DNA of 53,873 nucleotides from a virus (lineage: Duplodnaviria; Caudoviricetes): IMG/VR virus record IMGVR_UViG_3300004805_000008, positions 1 to 53,873 of that record. One strand, 5' to 3'. Numbering within the stretch: the first letter of the stretch is position 1; every line of letters starts with the position of its first letter. The notes under the pieces are model-generated. The model saw only the letters and a list, made by a program, of their open reading frames with translations. It was not told the DNA's origin and searched no databases. This document shows positions 1 through 8,729 of the stretch, one piece after another. The position numbers were made by a program, and so were the translations under genes.

Positions 1-1
1 C

Positions 2-3000
2 CTTTGTCAGTAACGGCAAAGAAGAGCCACCGAGAAGAGTTATAATTTGAGCATCAAGGCCAGTAATAATGTCCTTAATCTCGGTAGGACCTTCTTTTAA
101 CTCGGCAATGAAACTTTTAATATCGGATACGAGAGTTGGGAAAGCTGAGAAGAATTCTGAGGGAATAAAGGACTCTACTGTTAGAGAGGGAACCACAGAT
201 TCTAAGATAACTAATACCTTAGTAAAGAAGAATCTCTGAACGCATAGTTTGGTTGCTACTGAGGTTGCTACTCTGGCACTTACAGAATACTCAGTATCTA
301 AATTATCTAGAATATGAAGAATTCCAGTTCTTGCGATGTTTGCATCGAAAGTAAAATCATATACTGGTACCTTGTCACTGTTAATAGTGACCCCGTTATA
401 AGTCTTTAGAGAAGCGGCCAGATTTATTAAAAGACCTACCGCTGGAGATACTTCAGAATTAAAGGAATTGATAGGACTTATTTCTGTATTTCCATATGCC
501 TGGCCCCTGGCTGCTTGGTTAGCAATATCTAAAGCAGCTGCCGAAATTGCGAAATCCTGAGTATGCTGAGGAACATCCAACAGAGCGGCGAGGCCAAGAG
601 ACTTATCATTAAGAAGCTTTTCTAATAGCTTTGTAGTGTAGTCAAATAAGATGTTAGGAGTAGCTGTTTGGATGCCCTTAAACGCATACTGAACTTCAGC
701 AGGGGCGGACTCTAATTCTTTCAAAATACGTAGAAGGAAAGAGGATATAGTATGGTTTGCAGTAGCTAAACGCTTAATCTTTGCCTTGGCTCTATTTCTT
801 TTTGCTGTAGCATGAGCAATCTTATCATGCTCCTTTAGAATAGATTGCTCTAAAGGAGAGTAAAGATTGAGAATATGAGCAAGTCTTTCGAGAGAAGCTC
901 TACGACTGTCTGCCTCCGGGGAAGCAGGTTCTTCTCCGACCTTAAGATCCTTAGGTTCTTCAGTAGAGACTTCATCGGTTGATGGCTCTCCCTCTACTGG
1001 GGCAGCTTTTGGAGATACGGTGGGAGCGGGTGCAGTCTTCAGGGGAAGTAATGAGAGGGAAGATATAAGTCTATTAGCATCTTCTACTGACTGAGTCTTT
1101 ACATACTTTACTACCTTGTCTATTAATTGCTCAGAAGTAGTAGAAGTAGGAATACTGAACTTTGAAAAAGAAGTCCCGAGTTCGATTACAGGATTCTCAA
1201 TCTGATCAATAAGGGCTTCTTTAGCAGATTGACTGGACAGTTCATGAGTAGCGGGTAGCTTCAGTGTCTGAAGAGTTTTTACAATGTTCTCTCTCTTCTT
1301 TTTAGAAGATACCAGAGCTAAAATAGCTTGTTTAACATCATTCTCAGTACTAGTAGAGGAAATAAGGACAGATCCAATACTGATAGGAGTAGTTATTTTA
1401 GGGATATTTACATAATACACATACTTGTTAAGTTTAGCCTCTAGTTGGTCAGCTACCTCATCCGCTGAGAATAAAGCTTCCATATCGATAGTTCCAACAA
1501 GAGAAGTAATAAAAGGAGTAAGTTCTCTAGATAGAGTAGCCTTCTTACGAGCAGAGCGGCCAGCACTCAACTTATCTTTTCTACGTCTAGAGAGCTCTCT
1601 GTTAGCCTCAAGTAATTGAGAGTCTAAAGAAGACAGGGCAAGAACTGCCTGAATCGCTTCATGTCTACCTTTATCAGTCTTGAATAAACCCTGAACATGG
1701 TTATTAAACTTTTTAAATACGAGAGCATACTCATTTAATACGTCTTCTAAATTCTGGCTAGTAGTAGTGAGATCTCTATCCTCATCACGGATACCTGATT
1801 TAGACTTAAATGAGTGATTAAAGTTTTCTATTTGCTTCTTAATGTATTTTATATCGTCAAAATCCTTTTTCGTAAGAGACTTTAACGTATTCAATAGCGC
1901 AGTCAATGCTTCATAAGAATACTCATAGTAAGGTCCACGAAGTAATACCTTCTTCTCAGCATCTGTCAATTTTTCTGGTTCCTGCTCCTGCTTTAACTTA
2001 ACTGTAGCGTAGGAAATATAATTAGTATACACAAGATCTGATACTGTCTTAACTAAAGCAGCAGAAGCGGTAGCATCATACGCATCACTTTGAAGCCATG
2101 TAATAAAGGCAGTCTGAACTTCTTGAACTTCCTTTGTTTCAAACGCCATATTCAAGATTTCTTCGGTAGTGGGAGCAGTTCCACTATGACTACTGGCCCT
2201 CTTTCCCAAATCAGCTTCTTCCTTACCCTTAGTATATGCTTTGGCGAAAGCCTGACGAGCATTTTCTCCTCTAAGATTTCGTAGAAGATCCGAACTTTGC
2301 TCGGCTTGCGTAACAGCGTCTCCAATCAGGGAGCGAGATACATCAGTAAGGAGGTCTAATGACGTATTCTTACCGATGGCATCTGAGGGCATGAACTTGT
2401 TATTGTCAATCTCAGCAAGATTTAGAATTTTTGGAGCCAGGGCTGCAAGAGAAGTGTACATGATAAACTTTGCTACTCTTTTTCTTGCAATGGGAGGAAG
2501 AATTGAGTCCTGTCTTACTGCTTCAACTAGTACAGAGCCTACAGTGGAAGCCGTCTCGGTAAACTCGGCATCCGCTAATAGCACCTTCTTGGTCTTTTTA
2601 AGAGCCTTTTTAAGTAAGGGATTACGAACAAAAGAGAAAGAAGAGAAATCAGTATTAGGAGAAAGCTCTAAGGGAGCCGTTAAGGAAACGCCAGTGTACT
2701 TCTTGCCTATAGCGGGGAAGAAGTTACCAGTTGCGGAGAAGATCTCATTTACAGACTCAGCAGGGAGGAAGGGGAATACTAGAGTAGAATAAGCTACTAT
2801 TGCTTTCTGCTCTGCACGAAGTTCCTTTTCTTTCTTGGACTTTTCCTCATCGGTGCTAGCCTTTGTGACATTGGTAAGCGAAGAGAACTTAATCCTTTCT
2901 ACCTTGCCATCCAGAATGGTTGCACAAAGACCGTAAAATTCTACCAATTCAGGTACTTGCTGAGACATGGCAGGAGTTACGCCATCGGTAACAAGGGTAT

Positions 3001-3598
3001 GTAGAACCTTATCTGCCACCACCTGTAACATTTCAACTAGATGCTCATTAGTGGAGGGAACCTTAAATCTGGTCCCGCTGATGGCCTTTAATACGATGCT
3101 ATCTCGTTCATCTGGAGTTCTTACGACAGCGTTTAAGGCGTGTAGAGGATTTTCTAAAGCTTTACCAGACCTATCTTGCTTCTTAGTAGAGGCAACTGGA
3201 CGATCATTGATCATTCTTGAGTTGAGATAGCCTATGAAAATACGTCTAATTTCTCCAATAGAAGCCTGGAGATGCTCTGGAACTTCCTTTTCCAAGAAAG
3301 CAGTAAGGTGCGGATCGACATATCGCTGTACTGAGCCTGCGGTAGTTGGTTGCCCGACAGTAACCTTAGCCGGTATCCACTCAGGAATAGTTATATTTCC
3401 CATTCTCTTTGAGTCATAAACCTTGGAAGCCAGTCTCTTAGCGACTACTTCAGGGCTATCTAGAGCCTCTTTAGCCTTTTCGCTAGGGAGTTTAGTATCT
3501 CTAGCTTCTTTCGGAAATAGTTCTCTCCCACGACGAACGGGAATCTTTTTCTTCTGAGCTTCAAAGAGACGGTTAAACAGGAAGGAGGAAGAACTCAT
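2..3598 (-). CDS. Giant hypothetical protein (>1199 aa, 3'-truncated by the window edge); probable internal head/ejection protein
   Basis: ATG at 3598 (MSSSSFLFNRLFEAQKKKIPVRRG...), AGGA upstream. The frame is open wherever I translated it and runs off the window, so the ORF track omits it. Preceded by TAATTAA; N-terminal L-F-E|A resembles a prohead-protease site. Confidence 0.85.
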   Translation of the reverse strand, partial: MSSSSFLFNRLFEAQKKKIPVRRGRELFPKEARDTKLPSEKAKEALDSPEVVAKRLASKVYDSKRMGNITIPEWIPAKVTVGQPTTAGSVQRYVDPHLTAFLEKEVPEHLQASIGEIRRIFIGYLNSRMINDRPVASTKKQDRSGKALENPLHALNAVVRTPDERDSIVLKAISGTRFKVPSTNEHLVEMLQVVADKVLHTLVTDGVTPAMSQQVPELVEFYGLCATILDGKVERIKFSSLTNVTKASTDEEKSKKEKELRAEQKAIVAYSTLVFPFLPAESVNEIFSATGNFFPAIGKKYTGVSLTAPLELSPNTDFSSFSFVRNPLLKKALKKTKKVLLADAEFTETASTVGSVLVEAVRQDSILPPIARKRVAKFIMYTSLAALAPKILNLAEIDNNKFMPSDAIGKNTSLDLLTDVSRSLIGDAVTQAEQSSDLLRNLRGENARQAFAKAYTKGKEEADLGKRASSHSGTAPTTEEILNMAFETKEVQEVQTAFITWLQSDAYDATASAALVKTVSDLVYTNYISYATVKLKQEQEPEKLTDAEKKVLLRGPYYEYSYEALTALLNTLKSLTKKDFDDIKYIKKQIENFNHSFKSKSGIRDEDRDLTTTSQNLEDVLNEYALVFKKFNNHVQGLFKTDKGRHEAIQAVLALSSLDSQLLEANRELSRRRKDKLSAGRSARKKATLSRELTPFITSLVGTIDMEALFSADEVADQLEAKLNKYVYYVNIPKITTPISIGSVLISSTSTENDVKQAILALVSSKKKRENIVKTLQTLKLPATHELSSQSAKEALIDQIENPVIELGTSFSKFSIPTSTTSEQLIDKVVKYVKTQSVEDANRLISSLSLLPLKTAPAPTVSPKAAPVEGEPSTDEVSTEEPKDLKVGEEPASPEADSRRASLERLAHILNLYSPLEQSILKEHDKIAHATAKRNRAKAKIKRLATANHTISSFLLRILKELESAPAEVQYAFKGIQTATPNILFDYTTKLLEKLLNDKSLGLAALLDVPQHTQDFAISAAALDIANQAARGQAYGNTEISPINSFNSEVSPAVGLLINLAASLKTYNGVTINSDKVPVYDFTFDANIARTGILHILDNLDTEYSVSARVATSVATKLCVQRFFFTKVLVILESVVPSLTVESFIPSEFFSAFPTLVSDIKSFIAELKEGPTEIKDIITGLDAQIITLLGGSSLPLLTK

Positions 3599-3638
3599 GT
3601 AATAAATCCTTATTTTGTAGACTATAAATCAGCTATAT

Positions 3639-3645
3639 TTAATTA
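3639..3645 (-). promoter_or_regulatory. Putative late promoter TAATTAA
   Basis: TAATTAA-ATAT-A on the minus strand, 40 nt before the giant ORF. Confidence 0.65.
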
Positions 3646-3653
3646 CAACCTAC

Positions 3654-3995
3654 TTAGTGTGAAAGATCCTGGAATCCTCGGAACCATTTTCCAGCTTCGC
3701 CCGGACCGTAGAAGTTCATTACATTATCTTCATTATCGCCTGGCCTCCATATTATATCTTTTGACTGGCATTTATTGCAGCAAGCCCGTCTAGCTTCCTT
3801 GTAGAGAGGAATATCGTTCGAATCTCTAATTACCTCATAAGTATAAAGGGTTTTTTCTGTCAAAGTATCAAAGTCCTCTATTCTTTCACTGGGAAGTTCC
3901 GATACAAGTTCGTGATTCCGCTTTATTGCAAGAAGAATTTTGCCTTCATCGGAACACGAGTTACAAACATATGCCTTTTTAATCAATGAAATCAT
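3654..3995 (-). CDS. Hypothetical Zn-ribbon protein
   Basis: CNSC ... CNKC cysteine pairs; 113 aa, tightly packed in the operon. Confidence 0.7.
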   Translation of the reverse strand: MISLIKKAYVCNSCSDEGKILLAIKRNHELVSELPSERIEDFDTLTEKTLYTYEVIRDSNDIPLYKEARRACCNKCQSKDIIWRPGDNEDNVMNFYGPGEAGKWFRGFQDLSH

Positions 3996-4001
3996 AGATA
4001 C

Positions 4002-4457
4002 TCACAGAGTTGTTGGAGATAGTAAAGTTACTAATAAATGCTTAAATGGCCGTAATAGGAACTCGAAGGGTTTTCGTTCTTGTTTCTGGAAAAGATGTCG
4101 GACATCGGAAGTTGCAGTTATTGGAGGACCTGTGAAAAGCTTCCTCTCATCAAAAGGAACAGATAAGAGAACAGAGTATAAGAACTTTTCGTATAGTTGT
4201 AGGGATTCTTTAGATATAGTATCGACAATTTGTAAGTCTTGCTTAGACATTATTAAGATAGGGTTCCAAGTTTCTACCATTATTAAATCAAAAAGGATAG
4301 TGGATGTACAAATAAAGTCTTGGTTAGAAGACAAATAAACACAAGTAGATATAGGGTATATGATCATAGTAGAGCAATTGTTAAGGTTCAATAGGCCCGA
4401 TACTACACCAAGTCGGTCAGTTGCAGGTATTTTTACTATGCTTCCAAACGGCGGCAT
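4002..4457 (-). CDS. Hypothetical protein, weak PemK/MazF-like fold pattern
   Basis: FGSIVKI / DRLGVVS / MIIYPIST follow the order of PemK strands; by eye only. Confidence 0.6.
   Translation of the reverse strand: MPPFGSIVKIPATDRLGVVSGLLNLNNCSTMIIYPISTCVYLSSNQDFICTSTILFDLIMVETWNPILIMSKQDLQIVDTISKESLQLYEKFLYSVLLSVPFDERKLFTGPPITATSDVRHLFQKQERKPFEFLLRPFKHLLVTLLSPTTL
4219..4245 (-). promoter_or_regulatory. Putative sigma28-like promoter (intragenic, upstream of the 3995 gene)
   Basis: TAAG-N15-GTCGATAC(T) on the minus strand. Confidence 0.45.
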
Positions 4458-4465
4458 GAGATATC

Positions 4466-4849
4466 CTAGAAGTAAAGACGTTCAAACTCTGAAGTAGGAA
4501 GCCCGTGAGATAGAACAGACCGTCTACCTTTATGACCACAAGAGGAGCAAGAATAAGTGATTAATGGCGTATTCAGTCCAGAGAACGGGGAATACAGCAC
4601 CCCAACAAGAACTCCGCTGATGGGCCCGGTACATTTGTTACAATTGCATTTGACAGGAACCGAAGAGATGGCCTCTGTCAACGGAGGAGCGGAGGAGTGA
4701 CTTGACTTCTTCTCTCTTCCGGCAGGTTTTACTTTTTCAACTTCCACATTCTTTAATTTTATTGCATCAGAACAGTATATTAAGTCATCCACATCATTTT
4801 CAAAAATATTAGAACGTCTTCGAGCCTTTTTGGCAGCACTGTTTGACAC
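4466..4849 (-). CDS. Hypothetical Zn-ribbon protein
   Basis: CNCNKC ... CSSCGH; start overlaps the upstream stop. Confidence 0.7.
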   Translation of the reverse strand: MSNSAAKKARRRSNIFENDVDDLIYCSDAIKLKNVEVEKVKPAGREKKSSHSSAPPLTEAISSVPVKCNCNKCTGPISGVLVGVLYSPFSGLNTPLITYSCSSCGHKGRRSVLSHGLPTSEFERLYF

Positions 4850-5181
4850 TAAGAATCTCCTTTTACTAATGTAATAGTTATTGCGGGAGTATGGTCACAA
4901 AATACTACAAACTTGCCATCCCTCTTTTTTATATCAATCAGGGATTCATACATAATAAGGGAAGGAGACATAGCACCTTCAAAAAAGTAAGCACTATAAT
5001 CAGATGAGATAGCTTCTAGGTATACCTTGCTATCGACCAAAAAAGAGCCCCCATGAGAAGAGAGGGCAGAGATAAACTCATCTAGTGGGCAGGTTAATCC
5101 AGATTCTTGTATAGACTCTTCCGAGACTATTGGAGAGTCTTCCTGGGATAAGAAATCTGAAAGCTTTAGTTTTTTAGTCAA
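4849..5181 (-). CDS. Hypothetical protein
   Basis: 110-aa ORF overlapping both neighbours. Confidence 0.7.
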   Translation of the reverse strand: MTKKLKLSDFLSQEDSPIVSEESIQESGLTCPLDEFISALSSHGGSFLVDSKVYLEAISSDYSAYFFEGAMSPSLIMYESLIDIKKRDGKFVVFCDHTPAITITLVKGDS

Positions 5182-5656
5182 GGGAAGTAGTGTATAGAGA
5201 CTTCGGTACTAATCGGGCTGCGGGTACTTCGGGTACAAAGTCTCCAGAGGTATTGTTTAGCCCTGGGAAGTTACTATTTTGAGGAGGAGCCGTAGTATAC
5301 GCATCGGTTATTGCCCCAATAACACTTTCAGGCGACACATTATAGCCACGTTGCAGGTACATACTAAACAGAGGCTGTAGATACTCTTCAGTAAGTATGT
5401 TTACCATGTGTAGATGTAGATATGAACGAAAATCGCCATTCTCCAGGGTATAATTATTGATGGATTCGGTTAGAGCTGCCAAGGCATTAGTCAAGTGCAG
5501 TTTATTCTCTGATAGTTGCCAGTTCAGATTACCAGCACCGGAGATCTCCTGTACGAAACGAAGTAATGAATCGAAAGGCATTTCAGTGCTACGATATACG
5601 TACTGATATATCTGAGTCTTAATATCGTTTAGGAGTTGTTCTTGAGAAATAGTCAC
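5174..5656 (-). CDS. Hypothetical protein
   Basis: 160-aa ORF, GTG start, operon packing. Confidence 0.7.
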   Translation of the reverse strand: MTISQEQLLNDIKTQIYQYVYRSTEMPFDSLLRFVQEISGAGNLNWQLSENKLHLTNALAALTESINNYTLENGDFRSYLHLHMVNILTEEYLQPLFSMYLQRGYNVSPESVIGAITDAYTTAPPQNSNFPGLNNTSGDFVPEVPAARLVPKSLYTTSLD

Positions 5657-5668
5657 GATGCGTCCCGG

Positions 5669-6022
5669 CTATACAGTATAAGTATAAGTGTATTCAACGT
5701 AAAAGAGGTCATCTGGATGTATATTGCAAGATGCCTCTGCTTGGGTAACGTCTAGTTCGCCACGCCTGTAGTGGGGATTAGAGTGTACTGTTACGGTAAA
5801 GGAAGAAGGACCAATAGTAAGCTCATAATAAAACTTAGCAAACTGATTGGTGGTACTGACAGTCTCTGAGATACGTTGGATTATTCGCTGGCCATTATAA
5901 GAGACAGATAACTTAGTAGCATCTTCTATTGTATTATTATAAGTTCTAGACATTTGGGTAGTACTGTCAATCCCAGCGTCATACTTGATACCTATGTATT
6001 TAGTAGAGTGAACGGTAGCCAT
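5669..6022 (-). CDS. Hypothetical beta-rich protein, possibly virion
   Basis: 117 aa, Thr/Tyr-rich, GAGG RBS, coupled to the upstream stop. Confidence 0.7.
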   Translation of the reverse strand: MATVHSTKYIGIKYDAGIDSTTQMSRTYNNTIEDATKLSVSYNGQRIIQRISETVSTTNQFAKFYYELTIGPSSFTVTVHSNPHYRRGELDVTQAEASCNIHPDDLFYVEYTYTYTV

Positions 6023-7182
6023 TATAGGACCTCACGGAGAGTGTTCATAACGGAAGCCTCAACTTCTAAGCTTTCGGTTAGCCAAGAAGAGTCCGGAGTG
6101 GTCGGTTTAATGCCTAAAATGCTCTTTAAACGAGTAACTTGAGGAGGCTGTATTTCTTTTGAATTGGCTTTTATCAGTGCTTTAAGCTCATCTTTGGTAA
6201 AATGAGCGTACACAGCAATGGGAGAATAGGGAGCAGGCTTCAATCCCGAGGCGGTTCTAGCGTAAACAGGAACCATTTCCTTGAACTGAGAGCCTTGAGG
6301 GAAGGGATTAAGAGCCGGATTGGTAAAGACGATGGCCCAGCCCTTTGGATACCACTTAACCATAAACTTATATTTGCGGTAGTGCTTTGCAGAGTCGGCG
6401 GGTGACTTATATGCTGAAATACTGTCACTTGATGCGTTACTAAGCTTCCGAAGGGTGGCGGAAATCATCTTTTCGTAGTCAGCCTTCTTGACATTAGTAG
6501 TAACTGGAGGACCGGGGGGCGGGCCTGGAGGAGGAGTATTCTGCCAAGGCATGATATCTGCGGCTTGAATTGCAGTACCCTTCTCCAGGGCAATGTAAGT
6601 TTGGTAATTATCCACAATAACGGCATAAATATGTTTGCATATAGTAGGATCTAATCGCTTTACACCAGACGCAGGGGGAATTGATCCCGGATCGGCAGTA
6701 TAACCGTAATCAACTAGCTTCTGCAGAAAGGTTGTGTCGAAGTCCATGCAACTACAGGATACATAATATCGCTGGGCAGACTGATCAGACATACTATCTC
6801 TACTGGTAACCAACACAACATGACCTGCACCGGAGGCAGGAGCAGCAGAACCTCCAACTCCCTCTTCAGGGACCTGTGATCTCGTTATAGCAGGTGGAAC
6901 CGGGTAGCGTTCCTTTAACTTATCATCCTTGAAACTACCATGATTAACGTTAAATTTATCACATTCAACCTTTACATTACCAAAGTTAACTGTAACCTTA
7001 CCCAAAGAAGTAACAGTGTAGTTAGTCTTGAAATGCTGTTGCTTTCTGTAAATTCTACGCTTACCGCCCTTTAATCCGGGCATACCAACTGAACTGTAGC
7101 TAAACTGAGGGTCTACAAAGGCATCAAGCCTGTCTAGCAACCAGGTAAAGTTCTCAACTAACATAAATTTGTTTGCGGCCAT
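6022..7182 (-). CDS. SWIM-type Zn-finger protein, possibly head-packaged
   Basis: VSCSCMDF ... ICKHIYAV is the SWIM CxC...CxH motif. Start reassigned to ATG 7182 (MAANKFMLVE), 4 nt after TAATTAA. Confidence 0.75.
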   Translation of the reverse strand: MAANKFMLVENFTWLLDRLDAFVDPQFSYSSVGMPGLKGGKRRIYRKQQHFKTNYTVTSLGKVTVNFGNVKVECDKFNVNHGSFKDDKLKERYPVPPAITRSQVPEEGVGGSAAPASGAGHVVLVTSRDSMSDQSAQRYYVSCSCMDFDTTFLQKLVDYGYTADPGSIPPASGVKRLDPTICKHIYAVIVDNYQTYIALEKGTAIQAADIMPWQNTPPPGPPPGPPVTTNVKKADYEKMISATLRKLSNASSDSISAYKSPADSAKHYRKYKFMVKWYPKGWAIVFTNPALNPFPQGSQFKEMVPVYARTASGLKPAPYSPIAVYAHFTKDELKALIKANSKEIQPPQVTRLKSILGIKPTTPDSSWLTESLEVEASVMNTLREVL

Positions 7183-7186
7183 AAAA

Positions 7187-7193
7187 TTAATTA
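7187..7193 (-). promoter_or_regulatory. Putative late promoter TAATTAA (leaderless start)
   Basis: TAATTAA-TTTT-ATG on the minus strand, at the primase stop. Confidence 0.6.
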
Positions 7194-8093
7194 AGCCGTC
7201 AAGCAAGCAAACCTATTTTTAAGTTTCGAAGAAAGAGTAGGAGCAACGTACCGGATGCTATTGTTCTTAATCCAACTGACCAATTGAACTGAGGATAGAG
7301 TCTCTGACAAAGTGCCCAGGTCATTATCCTGATATGCCGACTCATTAATACGATATATAGCCTTATTCGGGAACCATGAATGTAACGAAGCGCACAGAGT
7401 ATCCATGTTGTGCCCAGTCCCAGCATCAAGACATACATATATAGACGACCGCTTCTTAAATAGGTTAATCAGATGGCTCTCATTGTCTTGTCCAAGAGTC
7501 TTCCCAAGGAGAGCGACAGCATTAGGAAGCTTTGCGGCATCGAAAATACCCTCTGCAATAATACCAAGGTCACTAAACAGCATGCCTTCAGGAACCTTCG
7601 ACTCAAATAAGATGTTTGATCTAGATACATCGGCGTTCTTATATCTTGAAGTAGTCTCGGGATCAATGCTACGAGCAGTGAAATAAATCATCTTGTCTGC
7701 AGAATCAAAGATAGGAAGAATTACCCTATCCCTATATTTAGGAGAATGAGACACTAGAGGACGATAAGAGTGAATCATATCTTCAGTCCAACCTCGACTC
7801 TCAAGATAGGCATACTGAGGATCTGTATAGATGACCTCTCGCACCGGGTTCAAATCACTTAAAATGTCGTGAGAAGACAAGTCGAGAGGTTTAAAACTCT
7901 TCAATCTACTACTCTCAGCAAGTGATAGATGATCCTCCAGTTTAGCTAGAAGATCAGGAAATTTATAAAGCTTCTTAATACTGCCCTTAAAGCCACAGCG
8001 GAAACAATTAAAAAGTCCCATCTCCACGTTGATGTAGAGTTTAGAGGATTTTCCAGGGGGGCACATAGGGCAATGAAGAATTATTTCCGACAT
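7191..8093 (-). CDS. DNA primase (Zn finger + TOPRIM)
   Basis: HCPMC...FNCFRCG Zn finger; RVILPI, FTARSI, RYKN; TOPRIM IAEGIFDA, CLDAG, DNDLG. Confidence 0.88.
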   Translation of the reverse strand: MSEIILHCPMCPPGKSSKLYINVEMGLFNCFRCGFKGSIKKLYKFPDLLAKLEDHLSLAESSRLKSFKPLDLSSHDILSDLNPVREVIYTDPQYAYLESRGWTEDMIHSYRPLVSHSPKYRDRVILPIFDSADKMIYFTARSIDPETTSRYKNADVSRSNILFESKVPEGMLFSDLGIIAEGIFDAAKLPNAVALLGKTLGQDNESHLINLFKKRSSIYVCLDAGTGHNMDTLCASLHSWFPNKAIYRINESAYQDNDLGTLSETLSSVQLVSWIKNNSIRYVAPTLSSKLKNRFACLTA

Positions 8094-8680
8094 AAGACCT
8101 TCGATAGAAACGAAACTTCCTTTAAAGGACGCTGGAGAATCTTAAAAATACAGGTCTTAGTAAACTCTAGGTCTAACATCTCCTGAGGGTACTTCTGCAC
8201 TTCTATGTAGAAAGCATCAAGTAAAGGAAGAACATGAGTGTTACCAGAAGCCAACTCATCCCATACAAAAAGACCGAAGTCAAGAGTATCAGCCAGTTTC
8301 ATCAAGTTATACTGCTCTTCTGTACAACGCTCTAGAATAAGATCTCGCATTATCTGATCCTGAAAGAGATCTTCTACGATATCAGTCTCTAGCTTCTTTA
8401 GAAGTTCCCGGATACCGTACTTGGCTTTGATAGCAGAGTTGGCATCATTCTTCAATATACCCTCTGTGAGGTCGTGGAATAGGCCAAGGACAGCTACGGA
8501 GTTCGCTTTGGTAACATCACCCTCATAGAACTCTAAGGCTATTAGAAAGGCAATTTGACCCACCCGTGCCGAATGGTCAGCAACGGACTGGGTACGAATG
8601 GTGCTATGACCGTGGAATCGCTTCACTCCGGTTAGACCTGCAATAGTGTCGATGAGGACACGTTGCTCTTGTGGCAACAT
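8081..8680 (-). CDS. HD-domain deoxynucleotide phosphohydrolase (YfbR/DatZ-like)
   Basis: KRF...QSVADHSARV, LFHDLTE, KLADTLD; AGGAG RBS. Confidence 0.85.
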   Translation of the reverse strand: MLPQEQRVLIDTIAGLTGVKRFHGHSTIRTQSVADHSARVGQIAFLIALEFYEGDVTKANSVAVLGLFHDLTEGILKNDANSAIKAKYGIRELLKKLETDIVEDLFQDQIMRDLILERCTEEQYNLMKLADTLDFGLFVWDELASGNTHVLPLLDAFYIEVQKYPQEMLDLEFTKTCIFKILQRPLKEVSFLSKVLCRK

Positions 8681-8702
8681 AAAATGCTCCTATGCATTAT
8701 AA

Positions 8703-8729
8703 GTATCGTCAGTTTAGACTGGAAGGTAA
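8703..8729 (-). promoter_or_regulatory. Putative sigma28-like promoter for the HD/primase genes
   Basis: TTAC-N15-GACGATAC(T), just upstream of the HD gene RBS. Confidence 0.55.

Noticed and set aside
1425-3419. Five plus-strand ORFs in the track (1425, 2090, 2376, 2967, 3234)
   Set aside because: Antisense shadows of the giant minus-strand ORF; no RBS or motifs
8081-8680. Calling this a Z-genome (2-aminoadenine) phage
   Set aside because: An HD hydrolase alone is not diagnostic; no purZ in the window
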